Notes: generated by a model not told the origin, from the sequence alone. Shown: positions 9,464-20,336, counted from the first letter of the stretch. The stretch: DNA of 48,249 nucleotides from Promethearchaeota archaeon (GCA_016840165.1 JAEOSU010000047.1:1-48249), one strand, 5' to 3'. A program made the numbers and translations.

Positions 9464-9880
9464 ATGACTGAAACGGCTAAATTAGCATTAATGGATAAAG
9501 AAAAAGAATTTGCTAATTTGGAGTCATTAATTAGTGATTTTGAAATATCTAATAGAGACCAGGTATATATAGATGACTTTAAATTGTTAGATTATAACTC
9601 AGACCTTTCTATTGACCCGAATCGCCAACAAAAGTCAAGATCTAGTTCACTAACTAAACTAAAATTCATGATTATTACTATCTTTATAAGTTCACTAATT
9701 CAAAGTATCTTGTATGTATTCATCATACCAAATCGATTTAGTTGGTCAGATAAAGTAGTAGCTTTTTTTCTCGTATTCATTTGGATTTTGCTTTTCAACA
9801 CTACATTTTTTATCCCCGGTGCTATCAAAATTATAGCTAACTATTTAAATAAAGCATTTGCAGATTATGAATGCCTATAA
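9464..9880 (+). CDS. Two-TM membrane protein
   Basis: GGTGA RBS; hydrophilic N-terminus and two C-terminal TMs. Confidence 0.7.
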   Translation: MTETAKLALMDKEKEFANLESLISDFEISNRDQVYIDDFKLLDYNSDLSIDPNRQQKSRSSSLTKLKFMIITIFISSLIQSILYVFIIPNRFSWSDKVVAFFLVFIWILLFNTTFFIPGAIKIIANYLNKAFADYECL

Positions 9881-10000
9881 CTTAATTGAAAAAATTAAGC
9901 CTTATCAGTACGGAATCACTAATTTTGAGAGTAGATTAACACCTAATCTAATGAATAAGAAGTAAACTAAGAATAATTAAATCAATAGAGGTGAATACTT

Positions 10001-10324
10001 TTGGTTGAAAGCAAAAAACTCCTTCAATTAAAAGATAACAGTATAAATCAAAGTACACTATCAGCTGATAATTCAAAAGATAATGATTACAAAGGAAATC
10101 TTAAAACGAGTTTAATTTATGCGATTCTGTTCGATTGTTTATTAATATTCGCATGTATAAGTTTTATTTGCTTATTTTATGTAATTGGCGGAATTCTGCT
10201 CAATCCATTATTGATCTTTGGCACATTGGTTATTATCTTATTATTTGCCTTGATTGAAACCATGAATCTTGTGGAAAAAAATGTTGTTAAAAATAAGAAT
10301 CAGGGTGAAATCTCTAATGAATAG
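10001..10324 (+). CDS. Two-TM membrane protein
   Basis: GAGGTGA RBS before TTG; same layout as the preceding gene. Confidence 0.7.
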   Translation: MVESKKLLQLKDNSINQSTLSADNSKDNDYKGNLKTSLIYAILFDCLLIFACISFICLFYVIGGILLNPLLIFGTLVIILLFALIETMNLVEKNVVKNKNQGEISNE

Positions 10325-10457
10325 CATTATAAATAGTATCTGGACTCAAAAGATTAAATATTACATCGTAGTATTCTCTTATCTTATTTTTTTTACCTTA
10401 CCTTCGTTCTTGAATATGTTAATCAAAAGAAAGCGAAATAATACTAATGTGTATTAA
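10317..10457 (+). CDS. Possible 46-aa single-TM peptide
   Basis: ATG overlaps the end of the upstream gene and follows GGGTGA; one TM and a basic tail. Confidence 0.45.
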   Translation: MNSIINSIWTQKIKYYIVVFSYLIFFTLPSFLNMLIKRKRNNTNVY

Positions 10458-10597
10458 TTTTACATAGAATTTTAACTATTTTTTACCCTCTAACACATAG
10501 GATACATTTAATGATTTGCAAATACTATAGTTATAGTAATAATTATTGATTATGAAAAATTTTAAGGGGAAAAGGAGTATAAATATATTATTAAATT

Positions 10598-11881
10598 ATG
10601 TTGACGGATAAACTAAAAAACTTTAGAATCACATTTAACATATTCTGGAAGAGAAAAATCTTTAAAGTTTGTTTTTCCCTCCATCTTACATACTTTATAA
10701 TTGGACTTATTTTAACTATCTTTTTTTTAAGAGAATTTAATGATTTTTTAGTTTATCATAATGTTGGAAAAGTATTTCTTTCTGATATTGAAAATTTATA
10801 TGACCCTTCCAATTATTTATGGCCATATAGATATTTCCCCCTAAGTGGTTTTTTATTTGTACCTTTTTCATTACTACCTTTTGAAGCGGCTTTTATCCTA
10901 TTCAATGTTTTTAATTTAATAATTAATTTTGTGAATTGCTTAATTCTTCATAAAATTATTAATCTAATTAGTCACAATGAGGAGACTTTAAAAAGAGAAA
11001 TCTACTACTTAAGTCTTTATTTGGTAGCATTACCCCATGCTTTTAATTATGCGATGGGCCAAACTAACTCATTGGTTTCAATGGTTCTTTTAGCCTCTCT
11101 CTATGTTTTTTTAAAACATGATAATCTAAAATGGAATATATTAGGGGGATTATTGGTTGGAATAAGTCTTAATATCAAGCCAATCACAATTTTTATTGTT
11201 CCCTTCTTAATTACCTTTACTATTAAATTAAAAGGTAAATTAAATATGCTAGAGATAAAGCGCTCTTTTGTACGACTTCTCGGTGCATCTCTTCCAATTT
11301 TACTCAATCTCCCATTACTAATAGCAATTCCGGGATTGTTTAACGGTTTTTTAGAGATAAATTTTGTCGGCACTGAAACTTTGATTGTAAATAATTCATT
11401 TAGTATTACAAAATTGATTATTAATTTATTATCTATGCTTAATGTTGAAACTAATCTATTATTAGATCTTCAAATTATAATCTTTTTAATTATTTTCGTA
11501 TTGATTGGAGTAGTTGGGTTCCTGATTTTTATAATACGTAAGCTACAAACGAATTATATCATATATGGTTATATCATAGGAATCTTAGTAATGCTATTAG
11601 TATATTTTGACTCCTGGGATCTACATTTGATAATACTTATTCCTCTACTTATGATTTCAATAATTCACTTGGAAGATTTACCTAAATCACATAAAAGTAG
11701 AATGTTTCTTCTAAAAAGTCTGAAAAGAAGTATTTATTTTTTTATCTTTATTGATCTTCCGATTTTTGGTTTAATTTACCTATTAAAAGATATATTTCCC
11801 TATAATTTCATTCCTACAATATTTTTACTACTGATTTATGTAAGTTCAGGAAAATATCTCTTAACAGAAGAGAAAGAGTAA
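10598..11881 (+). CDS. GT-C fold glycosyltransferase (GT87/DUF2029-like)
   Basis: DFLVYH...NLY...PYRYFP, GQ.N, NIKP motifs; many TMs. Confidence 0.8.
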   Translation: MLTDKLKNFRITFNIFWKRKIFKVCFSLHLTYFIIGLILTIFFLREFNDFLVYHNVGKVFLSDIENLYDPSNYLWPYRYFPLSGFLFVPFSLLPFEAAFILFNVFNLIINFVNCLILHKIINLISHNEETLKREIYYLSLYLVALPHAFNYAMGQTNSLVSMVLLASLYVFLKHDNLKWNILGGLLVGISLNIKPITIFIVPFLITFTIKLKGKLNMLEIKRSFVRLLGASLPILLNLPLLIAIPGLFNGFLEINFVGTETLIVNNSFSITKLIINLLSMLNVETNLLLDLQIIIFLIIFVLIGVVGFLIFIIRKLQTNYIIYGYIIGILVMLLVYFDSWDLHLIILIPLLMISIIHLEDLPKSHKSRMFLLKSLKRSIYFFIFIDLPIFGLIYLLKDIFPYNFIPTIFLLLIYVSSGKYLLTEEKE

Positions 11882-11912
11882 AGGTTCGAAAAAATTTATT
11901 TAAAACAAATTA

Positions 11913-12785
11913 TTGAAATATAATATCGATTTTTCTATGGAAAAAGTATATATAGGGCAAAGAAGCATTTTAATTTTAATATCATCGATTATTGTAATTC
12001 AACTTATTGGATTAGCTCTCAGTATTATTAATGACCATTTTGGTTCTGATTTTTCAATATATTACGAAAATACTAAAGCCTTTTGGTTAAATCAAGAAAC
12101 CTATCAAATGGGAGACTTTTTTTACTTGAACTATTTTTACTTTTTGAATGCCTGGGTGTTATTGCTTCCAAAAAGTATAGGATTAATATTACACCTTATT
12201 CTCACAAATTTAATGTTTTATTATATCATTAAAAACATAAATCTAGTCTATGAACTATATTGGTTTTATGCAAACTTATTTTTAATTCTAATTTATTCGA
12301 TAACATTTAACACCGATATATGGATTGCACTCTCATTCTTATTATTTTTGAAATATCGAAGGAGATGGTACTCTCCTTTTTTCTTATTATTAAGTTTTTT
12401 CAAAATAACACCAATTTTAGCATTTGGATTAATATTTTTAATAATTTTATATTATGAGAGAGAAATTTTAATAAAATTACTACCGGGCCTTATGGGCGTT
12501 TTTATTATAATTGGAATATCTTTTTTCACAAGCACAGGATTAATCAGTAGTGTTACCAATTTTGGGAATAGCCTATTTACCGATATGGGAATAATTGTAT
12601 TTTTTCAGCCGCCCCATTTTTGTTGGTGGTCTATTCCTCTATTGTTTTATACTAAATTTAAAGCAATTGATATTAAAATGGCAAAGAAGGTCTGGATTAT
12701 TTATGCATGTCTTACTCTCTTCTATGGATTTTATATCTTGATTCAGAGTTCTTCCGTTTTATCGGACTACTTATTTAATTCCTAG
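11913..12785 (+). CDS. Second, shorter GT87-like membrane protein
   Basis: DFSIYY, FFYLNYF, NTD, FKITP; many TMs. Confidence 0.6.
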   Translation: MKYNIDFSMEKVYIGQRSILILISSIIVIQLIGLALSIINDHFGSDFSIYYENTKAFWLNQETYQMGDFFYLNYFYFLNAWVLLLPKSIGLILHLILTNLMFYYIIKNINLVYELYWFYANLFLILIYSITFNTDIWIALSFLLFLKYRRRWYSPFFLLLSFFKITPILAFGLIFLIILYYEREILIKLLPGLMGVFIIIGISFFTSTGLISSVTNFGNSLFTDMGIIVFFQPPHFCWWSIPLLFYTKFKAIDIKMAKKVWIIYACLTLFYGFYILIQSSSVLSDYLFNS

Positions 12786-12868
12786 ATAGAAATCAGAAAA
12801 AAAGATCTTTTAATTAATTTAGAATACTCAATTAAAATAATAAAATATAAATTATTTTCTCAATTGCG

Positions 12869-13459
12869 ATGAATTTTCTATTATTAGATATCTTAGCTTG
12901 TCCAATTGATAAGGAACACCCTCTAAAATTATACATCTTCTCCTACGATACCCCTCAAGATCAAATAGAACAAATTTTATCTAAAGATGGTGATTCAAAA
13001 ATAATAAATTTAACAAGGAAAGATGGGGAATTATTCCTAAAAGATAAAATAATAACCAAATCAACTCCTCTGGAAGAATATCTTAACCAAATCCAATCTA
13101 AAATTGATTTGTTAGAACTTGTTGTTGATTATAGTATTAATACGGCTAGTAATAAATATATTAAAAAAATTAAGTCAGATGTAAAGAAGAGTTTAGCTGA
13201 GTTCTCTGCTACGCACAAAAAATCTCAAATTGAAAATATATTACCAGATTTGCTTTTACTCAACAAATTTCTCTTAGATGTAAAAATTGAAACAGGAGTA
13301 TTATTATGTCCGAAATGCAATCGTTGGTATCCAATATTTGAAGCTATTCCTCAGCTTCTTCCAGATGGACAGCGTAATTTTAAAGAAGAGATTAAAAGAT
13401 TTGCAACCAAGACTGAGAAATTCAATCAATTTAGAAACGAAAATAACATTTCTATTTAA
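12869..13459 (+). CDS. trm112: Trm112-family methyltransferase activator with a large central insertion
   Basis: LLDILACPIDK.HPLKL ... TGVLLCPKCNRWYPIFEAIPQLLP. Confidence 0.85.
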   Translation: MNFLLLDILACPIDKEHPLKLYIFSYDTPQDQIEQILSKDGDSKIINLTRKDGELFLKDKIITKSTPLEEYLNQIQSKIDLLELVVDYSINTASNKYIKKIKSDVKKSLAEFSATHKKSQIENILPDLLLLNKFLLDVKIETGVLLCPKCNRWYPIFEAIPQLLPDGQRNFKEEIKRFATKTEKFNQFRNENNISI

Positions 13460-14207
13460 TTTTCTTACTTATTAAGGTTATTGAACCCGCCTTCCTTAAA
13501 TCATCTAGATCTAATTCTGTCTTGATATTGTTTACTTTCTCCTTTACACCCTTGTAATATAGATTAAAGAGGTAACTCTCAACAGCCTTTATAATTTTTG
13601 GAGGAATTTTTTCTAATAGACTAAAATACTTTAGAAAAAATCTCGCCATCCTATCTTGAAATTTAGGATTTAAAGGTATCTGTGAATGGGTATAATATTT
13701 AATCATTTTCAGATTGTTTTCTCTGAGTAATTTAAATACATCTCGTATGTCATATTTTCTATAATGTCCGAAAAATTCATCATAATAATTAAAAAATTCA
13801 GGTCTAAGAGGAACAGACAAAACAAACAATCCACCAACTTCGAGTAGTGAAATAATCTGATGCATCGCTTTAATATCGTCTTCAATATGTTCTATGACAT
13901 CAAAAGCGAAAACACAATCAAAAGATCCGTCTTTAAAAGGAAGAGAGGTTATGTCAGCAACAATACATCTATCCGTAAACTCTGTTAAAGCTTTTAAAGA
14001 CACTTCTGAAATATCAATAAAGAAACCTTCTTTTAGATCTATTTTCGGATAAGAACCACATCCAATTTCTAAAAATTTAGTACATTCAAAATTCTTTTTA
14101 ATATAATCATATAGTACTGTTTCATTTTTTACTTCAATATGCGCCCAAAATAAATCATAAATATCTTTATTATATTTTTGAATACTATCGTTATTTTCTT
14201 CGATCAT
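13452..14207 (-). CDS. Class I SAM-dependent methyltransferase (Methyltransf_11)
   Basis: LEIGCG, DITSLPFKDGSFD, DVIEHIEDD, GHYRKY. Confidence 0.85.
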   Translation of the reverse strand: MIEENNDSIQKYNKDIYDLFWAHIEVKNETVLYDYIKKNFECTKFLEIGCGSYPKIDLKEGFFIDISEVSLKALTEFTDRCIVADITSLPFKDGSFDCVFAFDVIEHIEDDIKAMHQIISLLEVGGLFVLSVPLRPEFFNYYDEFFGHYRKYDIRDVFKLLRENNLKMIKYYTHSQIPLNPKFQDRMARFFLKYFSLLEKIPPKIIKAVESYLFNLYYKGVKEKVNNIKTELDLDDLRKAGSITLISKKIK

Positions 14208-14346
14208 TAAAAAACCTTTATCCTAATAGGTTATTATACATTAAGAGCAATCTATATCAATAAATGGTGTTATTTAGATTAATTTAACGGAAAATAAATG
14301 TGTCTATTTTTTAAAAATTTTTACTAAGTAATAAAAAAAAGAAGAA

Positions 14347-15135
14347 TTATTTTTTAAATACAAAGCCTTGAGGATCGATAACTTCATGTAATATTTTTAG
14401 ATCTTCTTTAGAGGGTGGAGTAGTAGTACCAACTTCTTCAGCAATTAATAATTCAAATCCCGTTGCTTTCACAACATCATCAACGGTTATACCTGGATGA
14501 GTTGCGATAAGTCTCATTCTCTTTGATTGTGGTTCAAAATCCATCAAACATAAGTCAGTAATTACTTTTGAAGGACCGGTTCCTTCTGATAAGCCTTCTT
14601 CTTCTCTAGCGTTTGGACCATACAGATATCCAGGCGTGGTAATAAAATCTACTTTTTCAACGAATCTACGAGGACTATGACGATCCATTATAATTAATGT
14701 TTCCCACGCAAGTGATCCAAAATCATTGGCCCCCCCTGAACCAGGAAATCTCACCTTTGGATTCTCATAGTTATCTCCTATCATTGTAGAATTTAAATTG
14801 CCATAGGAGTCTATTTGAGCTCCTCCTAAAAAAGCATAATCAATAAATCCTCGGCGCATCGTATCCATTATATCTATCAAAGTCGTAGTACATAACGCTT
14901 TATGGATTGTTCTTGAATCACCAACTGATATAGGTAAAATTGGCAGTTGTGGTGCGATTCCACCCGCTTCAAAAAATATGATTAGGTTAGGAGCATGAGT
15001 TTGCTGCGCAAGCATTGCTGCTACTAAAGGTAGACCAGTTCCTACTGCTACTGATTTTCCATCCTCTAATTGTCGAGCAGCAACGACTGCCATTAATTCT
15101 CTTAATGAATAATGTTTAACTTCCATATTTTTCAC
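14347..15135 (-). CDS. Family I CoA transferase subunit B (GctB-like)
   Basis: GTGLP, catalytic E in FEAGG, FLGGAQID.YGNLN, PGSGGAND. Confidence 0.88.
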   Translation of the reverse strand: MKNMEVKHYSLRELMAVVAARQLEDGKSVAVGTGLPLVAAMLAQQTHAPNLIIFFEAGGIAPQLPILPISVGDSRTIHKALCTTTLIDIMDTMRRGFIDYAFLGGAQIDSYGNLNSTMIGDNYENPKVRFPGSGGANDFGSLAWETLIIMDRHSPRRFVEKVDFITTPGYLYGPNAREEEGLSEGTGPSKVITDLCLMDFEPQSKRMRLIATHPGITVDDVVKATGFELLIAEEVGTTTPPSKEDLKILHEVIDPQGFVFKK

Positions 15136-16133
15136 CTCACTGGTGGTCTTAAAAATTCAAGATCTCTGAGATTATATAATCTTTTTGCACCTAATTTGGT
15201 TAAATACTCATCAAAATCCTCAAGATTATAAATCCAATCATTTAACCAGTCTTTCAAAACCTTAGCATCCTTATTCCTTCCTACAGCGAGATAATCTTCC
15301 GTAAAATCATGATCAAAATAATACTTATATGGCATATTTCCTGGATGAGAACCCCATGGTTGTTCTATTACTGCATCAACCATAAAGAACGGAATTATTG
15401 TCCTACCAGGTTCTGCTCTTATTTTATCAGTAGAAACTAATTCTTCACATGTAACAATTACTCTTTTGGAAGCCCTTGCTTGTAAATCATCTTTCACAAT
15501 ATGACCATCAATTTGAACATTCCCATACATGTCGGCACGGTGTGCATGAAGAATGCATACGTCCGGATTTAAGGACGGCAGTAGTAATACTTTCTCTCCA
15601 GTAAAAGGGCACCTAACTACTTTACCAGGTGAATTCATCATTGTATCAGTACCTAACATAACTTTTACTGGAATGAATGGAATACCTTGAGCTCCTGCTC
15701 TTAACCTATATGACATAGCTCCATTTGTATAATCGGTTTTTTTTACTTCTCCCGATTCAAAAAGTTTTCTCTGAATCCCTGACAGCCCTCTAAGTTCAAA
15801 GCCAACTACATATGCAATATCTACCGCGCTAACACATCCTCCTGCCATCAATACATCAATATCTTGCACAGCAGTATGTCCTGCTACCAATAATTCTTTT
15901 TTTCGTTGTCGAACAATTTCATATATCAAAGCCATTGGAATTCGGATATGGCCAAATCCTCCTATTGCGAGATAATCCCCATTATTAATATATTTTTTAA
16001 CCGCGTCTTTAATTCGCATTCTTTTATCCTTTAATGCCCGAACTTTGTTTTCTCTAGTCCATTTTCGTACTTCTGAAGGTGTATTTTTGCAAAAAATTTC
16101 TCCTGTACCTTCTTTTAATATTTTCATGTCCAT
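15132..16133 (-). CDS. Family I CoA transferase subunit A (GctA-like)
   Basis: GGF..IRIPMA, AGAQGIPF, HAHRADMYGN, WGSHP; 4-bp overlap with subunit B. Confidence 0.88.
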   Translation of the reverse strand: MDMKILKEGTGEIFCKNTPSEVRKWTRENKVRALKDKRMRIKDAVKKYINNGDYLAIGGFGHIRIPMALIYEIVRQRKKELLVAGHTAVQDIDVLMAGGCVSAVDIAYVVGFELRGLSGIQRKLFESGEVKKTDYTNGAMSYRLRAGAQGIPFIPVKVMLGTDTMMNSPGKVVRCPFTGEKVLLLPSLNPDVCILHAHRADMYGNVQIDGHIVKDDLQARASKRVIVTCEELVSTDKIRAEPGRTIIPFFMVDAVIEQPWGSHPGNMPYKYYFDHDFTEDYLAVGRNKDAKVLKDWLNDWIYNLEDFDEYLTKLGAKRLYNLRDLEFLRPPVR

Positions 16134-16454
16134 ATTTTTTCCCCCGTCTATTACATATTAAATCATGATGAATAAATTTAGATTTAATTAATATTTATAC
16201 TTTTAACGGTGATAACGCTAATTTTAGCTAACTTTTTAGTCAATACGATAATAATATTTGTCAATCTAAAAAATAAGTAGATTTTTATTGATTTCACCTA
16301 TATTTAAATGAATTTTTATAATTTTTTCTATAAAAAGAATAAAGAGAGAAATCGATTCTGATAAAAATGTAAATAATGAAAATATTTAATTTTAAAATTT
16401 ATCCGAAATTAATAAAATAAATACACGAAATTTTCACTATAAGAGGCGTTAAAA

Positions 16455-18440
16455 ATTTCAGATATAAGAAAAAAGTTATGGGAACCTTCGAAAAAATGGA
16501 TTAAGAATGCTGAGGTTTCTCATTTTATTGAATATGTGAATAAGGAATATAATCAAGACCTAAAAGGAGCAAAAGATCTTTACAAATGGTCTGTAGAAGA
16601 AATAGCAAACTTTTGGGCTGCTATGTGGAACTATGGAAATATTGTAGCCAGTAAAACCTATGATAAAGTTGTTGAGGATATACATAAATTCCCTGGTACT
16701 ATTTTTTTTCCAGGAGCGGAGTTAAATTTTGCGGAAAATCTATTAAAATATAATGATAATCAATTAGCTTTTATTTTTCAAGGGGAGAGTAAAAAGCATA
16801 AAGAGATGAGTTACAAAGAACTCAATCAAATAGTCGCTCGCCTAGCTAAATCCTTGAGAGATATGGGTATTAAAAAAGGAGATCGCATTGTGTCATATAT
16901 ACCCAATTTAATTGAAACACCAATCGCTATGCTTGCCACTTCAAGTATTGGAGCAATTTGGGCTTCCTGTGGAGCAGAACTACAAGCTAGTGCTGTTATC
17001 GATAGATTTAGCCAAATTGAACCTAAAGTCTTGTTTGCTGTCGATGGTTATTATTATCGGGATAAAAAATTCGATATAACAGCCAATGTTAAACAAGTTG
17101 TTGATGCGATTCCCTCAATTGAAAAAGTTATAGTAGTTTCATATATATCTGATGATGAACCTGATATCAGCGCCATACCTAATGCCGTCCATTGGAACGA
17201 TTTCATTGCGAAAGAGGAAATCGAAAGCCACTTTGAACAACTTCCTTTTGATCATCCACTTTATATTATGTTCTCATCAGGAACTACGGGTAAACCAAAA
17301 TGTATGGTTCAATCGCAAGGAGGAGTTCTTATCAACCATTTAAAAGAATTAATTTTATCAACTGATCTAAAGAGGAGCGATACAATTACTTATATTACTG
17401 CCCCCTCATGGATGATGTGGAATTGGCTTATTAGTTCTTTGGCTGCAGGGGCAACAATATTTTTATATGATGGTAATCCCTTATACCCTGATGCGCTACG
17501 GATGTTTGAATTAATTGAAACATATAAAATCACTATATTCGGAGTTTCAGCTACTTATCTTCATTATTTGATGGGTCAAGGTTTAAAACCAAAAGATAAG
17601 TATGACTTGTCATCATTGAGAGAAATCTCTCAGACGGCTAGTACCCTAAGTCCAGAAGGGTTTGAGTGGGTATATCGGGAAATAAAACAAGATCTCTACT
17701 TTAATTCAATCTCAGGAGGTACAGATATCAATGGATGCTTTGCGGGAGCTCTTCCTATCCTTCCAGTATTTTCGGGTGAGTTACAAGGAAAAGCGTTAGC
17801 GATGAAAGTGCAAGCTTATGATGAAGAAGGTAAACCTGTAAAGGATGTTCAAGCAGAATTGGTATGTGAAGCTCCGGCACCATCGATGCCAATATACTTC
17901 TGGGGAGATGACGATAATATGACAAAATATAAAAAAGCATATTTTGACTTCTATGAAGAACAAGGAATTAATGTGTGGCGCCATGGGGATTGGATTGTAG
18001 AACACAGTGACACAGGAGGTATCACATTCTGGGGTCGTTCAGACGCTACTTTAAAACCCTCTGGAGTTCGTATAGGAACCTCAGAAATTTATAATGTTAT
18101 TGAACAGCTCCCTGAAGTTGCCGACAGTTTAGCCATAGGATTGCCCGATGAACAAGGAAATGTAAAAATTCTTTTATTTGTACAATTAACAGAAAATAAT
18201 GAATTATCAGACGACCTTAAAGAGAAGATTATAAAAACAATAAGGGCAAAAACTTCTCCCAGGCACGTTCCATCAAAAATATATGAAGTTCCCGAAGAAG
18301 GAATTCCATATACCTTTTCGGGTAAAAAAGTTGAAATTGCGGTCACTAAAATCTTAAGAGGTATGTCAGTAGGTAATAGAGGAGCTTTGAGAAATCCTGA
18401 TTCACTTGATATCTATGAAGATTTAAAAGAAAAACTTTAA
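16455..18440 (+). CDS. Acetoacetate-CoA ligase (AACS family)
   Basis: FPGAELNFAENLL, FSSGTTGKPK, WMMWNWL, SGGTDI, WRHGD, GRSDATL; frame open upstream of GTG 16536 through KKLWEPS to ATT 16455. Confidence 0.88.
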   Translation: MSDIRKKLWEPSKKWIKNAEVSHFIEYVNKEYNQDLKGAKDLYKWSVEEIANFWAAMWNYGNIVASKTYDKVVEDIHKFPGTIFFPGAELNFAENLLKYNDNQLAFIFQGESKKHKEMSYKELNQIVARLAKSLRDMGIKKGDRIVSYIPNLIETPIAMLATSSIGAIWASCGAELQASAVIDRFSQIEPKVLFAVDGYYYRDKKFDITANVKQVVDAIPSIEKVIVVSYISDDEPDISAIPNAVHWNDFIAKEEIESHFEQLPFDHPLYIMFSSGTTGKPKCMVQSQGGVLINHLKELILSTDLKRSDTITYITAPSWMMWNWLISSLAAGATIFLYDGNPLYPDALRMFELIETYKITIFGVSATYLHYLMGQGLKPKDKYDLSSLREISQTASTLSPEGFEWVYREIKQDLYFNSISGGTDINGCFAGALPILPVFSGELQGKALAMKVQAYDEEGKPVKDVQAELVCEAPAPSMPIYFWGDDDNMTKYKKAYFDFYEEQGINVWRHGDWIVEHSDTGGITFWGRSDATLKPSGVRIGTSEIYNVIEQLPEVADSLAIGLPDEQGNVKILLFVQLTENNELSDDLKEKIIKTIRAKTSPRHVPSKIYEVPEEGIPYTFSGKKVEIAVTKILRGMSVGNRGALRNPDSLDIYEDLKEKL

Positions 18441-18506
18441 CTTTTCTTTAATTTTACTTATTTTTTTGAATACCATCCAAATATTTAATATAACTAAACG
18501 AGATTT

Positions 18507-19943
18507 TTAGTTCCTATTGGAATTTCTTTTACTTAATTCAGTCCCTCTCTCTTTTAATATATTTGAGATTCGTTCAATATCTTTATTTATCCATTTTGTA
18601 GCAAGAAGCCAAATAACTCCACCAAATATTCCTATTCCCATAGTTAGCGTTACAGTAATTTGATAATTTTGATTAAAATAGATTAAAAGAAATCCTGCTA
18701 TAATAGGCCCTGTTCCACTCCCAATATACTCTAAAAATTGATTTGCAGAACTCACTGTACCTTGGGCTTCTGGTAAGTTTATTGCCTGCAAAATTGGAGG
18801 TTGATTAATATTCCAAATTCCAACGACTGCCCGAGCAATAAAAGCAAATATACCAATAACCCAAATTGCTGGCAATGAAAATATAATTGCTAAATTTGTT
18901 CCTTCTTCAATAGTTAAATTTGGAAGTGGCATATAAAATATGACAATGTATAGACCAAACAGAGTTACTATAGAGAATACGATAAAATAAATCCTATATT
19001 TAATATTTTTCTTTGCTAATTTATCAGAGAGTTTAGCAAGTGCTAAGGAACCAAGCAATCCTCCAGGAAGCCCAAAAATAACCATATAAATACTTGTAGC
19101 AAATGAAGAGAGATTATGAGGGGGAGATTGAATATATGCGACTAATAAAAAATCAGGGACCATTAATAAAACGGTAGTAAAAATACCCTCTGCAAAAGCA
19201 ATAATGTTTGTGGGAGCAAAAATAGTGGATTTTATGGTTTCCTTATTTAATTTGTAGTCATACTTGATATCTTCATCTGATAAGATGTGCTTTAATTCAT
19301 CTTGGGTTGATGCTCTTTTCGGTTCTTTTCCTTTAAAAAAAATAAAAATACCAAAAACAATAAAAATTATCCCTGTAAACCAAAAGAATTGCCTCCAAAA
19401 AGCATTTTGAAATAATATTGCAGATATTATCATACCACTTATTTGAAAAAGTTGAAATAATGCTTGTAACATCCCGAAGAATTGAGACTTTTCTTTTTCT
19501 TCGGTAGAATCATTAACATATGAAATAATAATAGGGTAAAACCCACCTGAAGAAAAACTACGAATTAAATTACAAATTAAGAAAAAATTGAATGATGTTA
19601 ATCCTAAGCCTTCAGGAACAAGGCCATTAAGAAATACTCCTATTCCGAAAATTATTTGTGAGAATGACATTAAATAAATACGAGAGAATCTATCTACTAA
19701 AAAACCAAAAAATATACCTGAAATAGCTATACCATACATACCTGTCCCTACAATTAATCCCAATTCACTTGAATGAAATTCCTCGCCCGGCCACATTATA
19801 TTTGAAACTATGATGAAATTAATGGAAATCATAGAAACTGTAAACGCATAAGAATTATATACTAAGAAATTCACCCATAGTTTCTTTAAAAGATAAAGAA
19901 ATCCCTCTTGTCTTCCTGAGTTTTGTAGGTTTTCCTCTGCCAT
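18507..19943 (-). CDS. MFS transporter
   Basis: About 12 TMs; GFLVDRFSR motif A. Confidence 0.88.
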   Translation of the reverse strand: MAEENLQNSGRQEGFLYLLKKLWVNFLVYNSYAFTVSMISINFIIVSNIMWPGEEFHSSELGLIVGTGMYGIAISGIFFGFLVDRFSRIYLMSFSQIIFGIGVFLNGLVPEGLGLTSFNFFLICNLIRSFSSGGFYPIIISYVNDSTEEKEKSQFFGMLQALFQLFQISGMIISAILFQNAFWRQFFWFTGIIFIVFGIFIFFKGKEPKRASTQDELKHILSDEDIKYDYKLNKETIKSTIFAPTNIIAFAEGIFTTVLLMVPDFLLVAYIQSPPHNLSSFATSIYMVIFGLPGGLLGSLALAKLSDKLAKKNIKYRIYFIVFSIVTLFGLYIVIFYMPLPNLTIEEGTNLAIIFSLPAIWVIGIFAFIARAVVGIWNINQPPILQAINLPEAQGTVSSANQFLEYIGSGTGPIIAGFLLIYFNQNYQITVTLTMGIGIFGGVIWLLATKWINKDIERISNILKERGTELSKRNSNRN

Positions 19944-20336
19944 TTTTATTCTCTATATTTGATAATTCTTTTCTAATCTAAATTCAAAATAAATTAATCA
20001 TTGCTTTTACAATCTATAAATCTTGATAATTTAAGTTTATAGCGTTTTCTAAAATTATATGGGGGAAATATGTCTTTGATTAAAATCTTTTTTCTTCTAA
20101 AATTTAAATTTTTTTTAAAAAAAGCATAAATTACATATACAATCCAATTATATCTTATTGGATTGTAAATAATTATATTAGATAGTATTTTATTTTTAAA
20201 AGATTAATTTGCTTAAAGCAAAATTCTATACAATATAAATTTGCGGTTTTCTACCAATAGATCTAATCATTTAAAATCTGTTATTATAAGAAAACCGGAT
20301 TTACAACTTTAAATTTAAAAAATGAGTGTTTAACCT

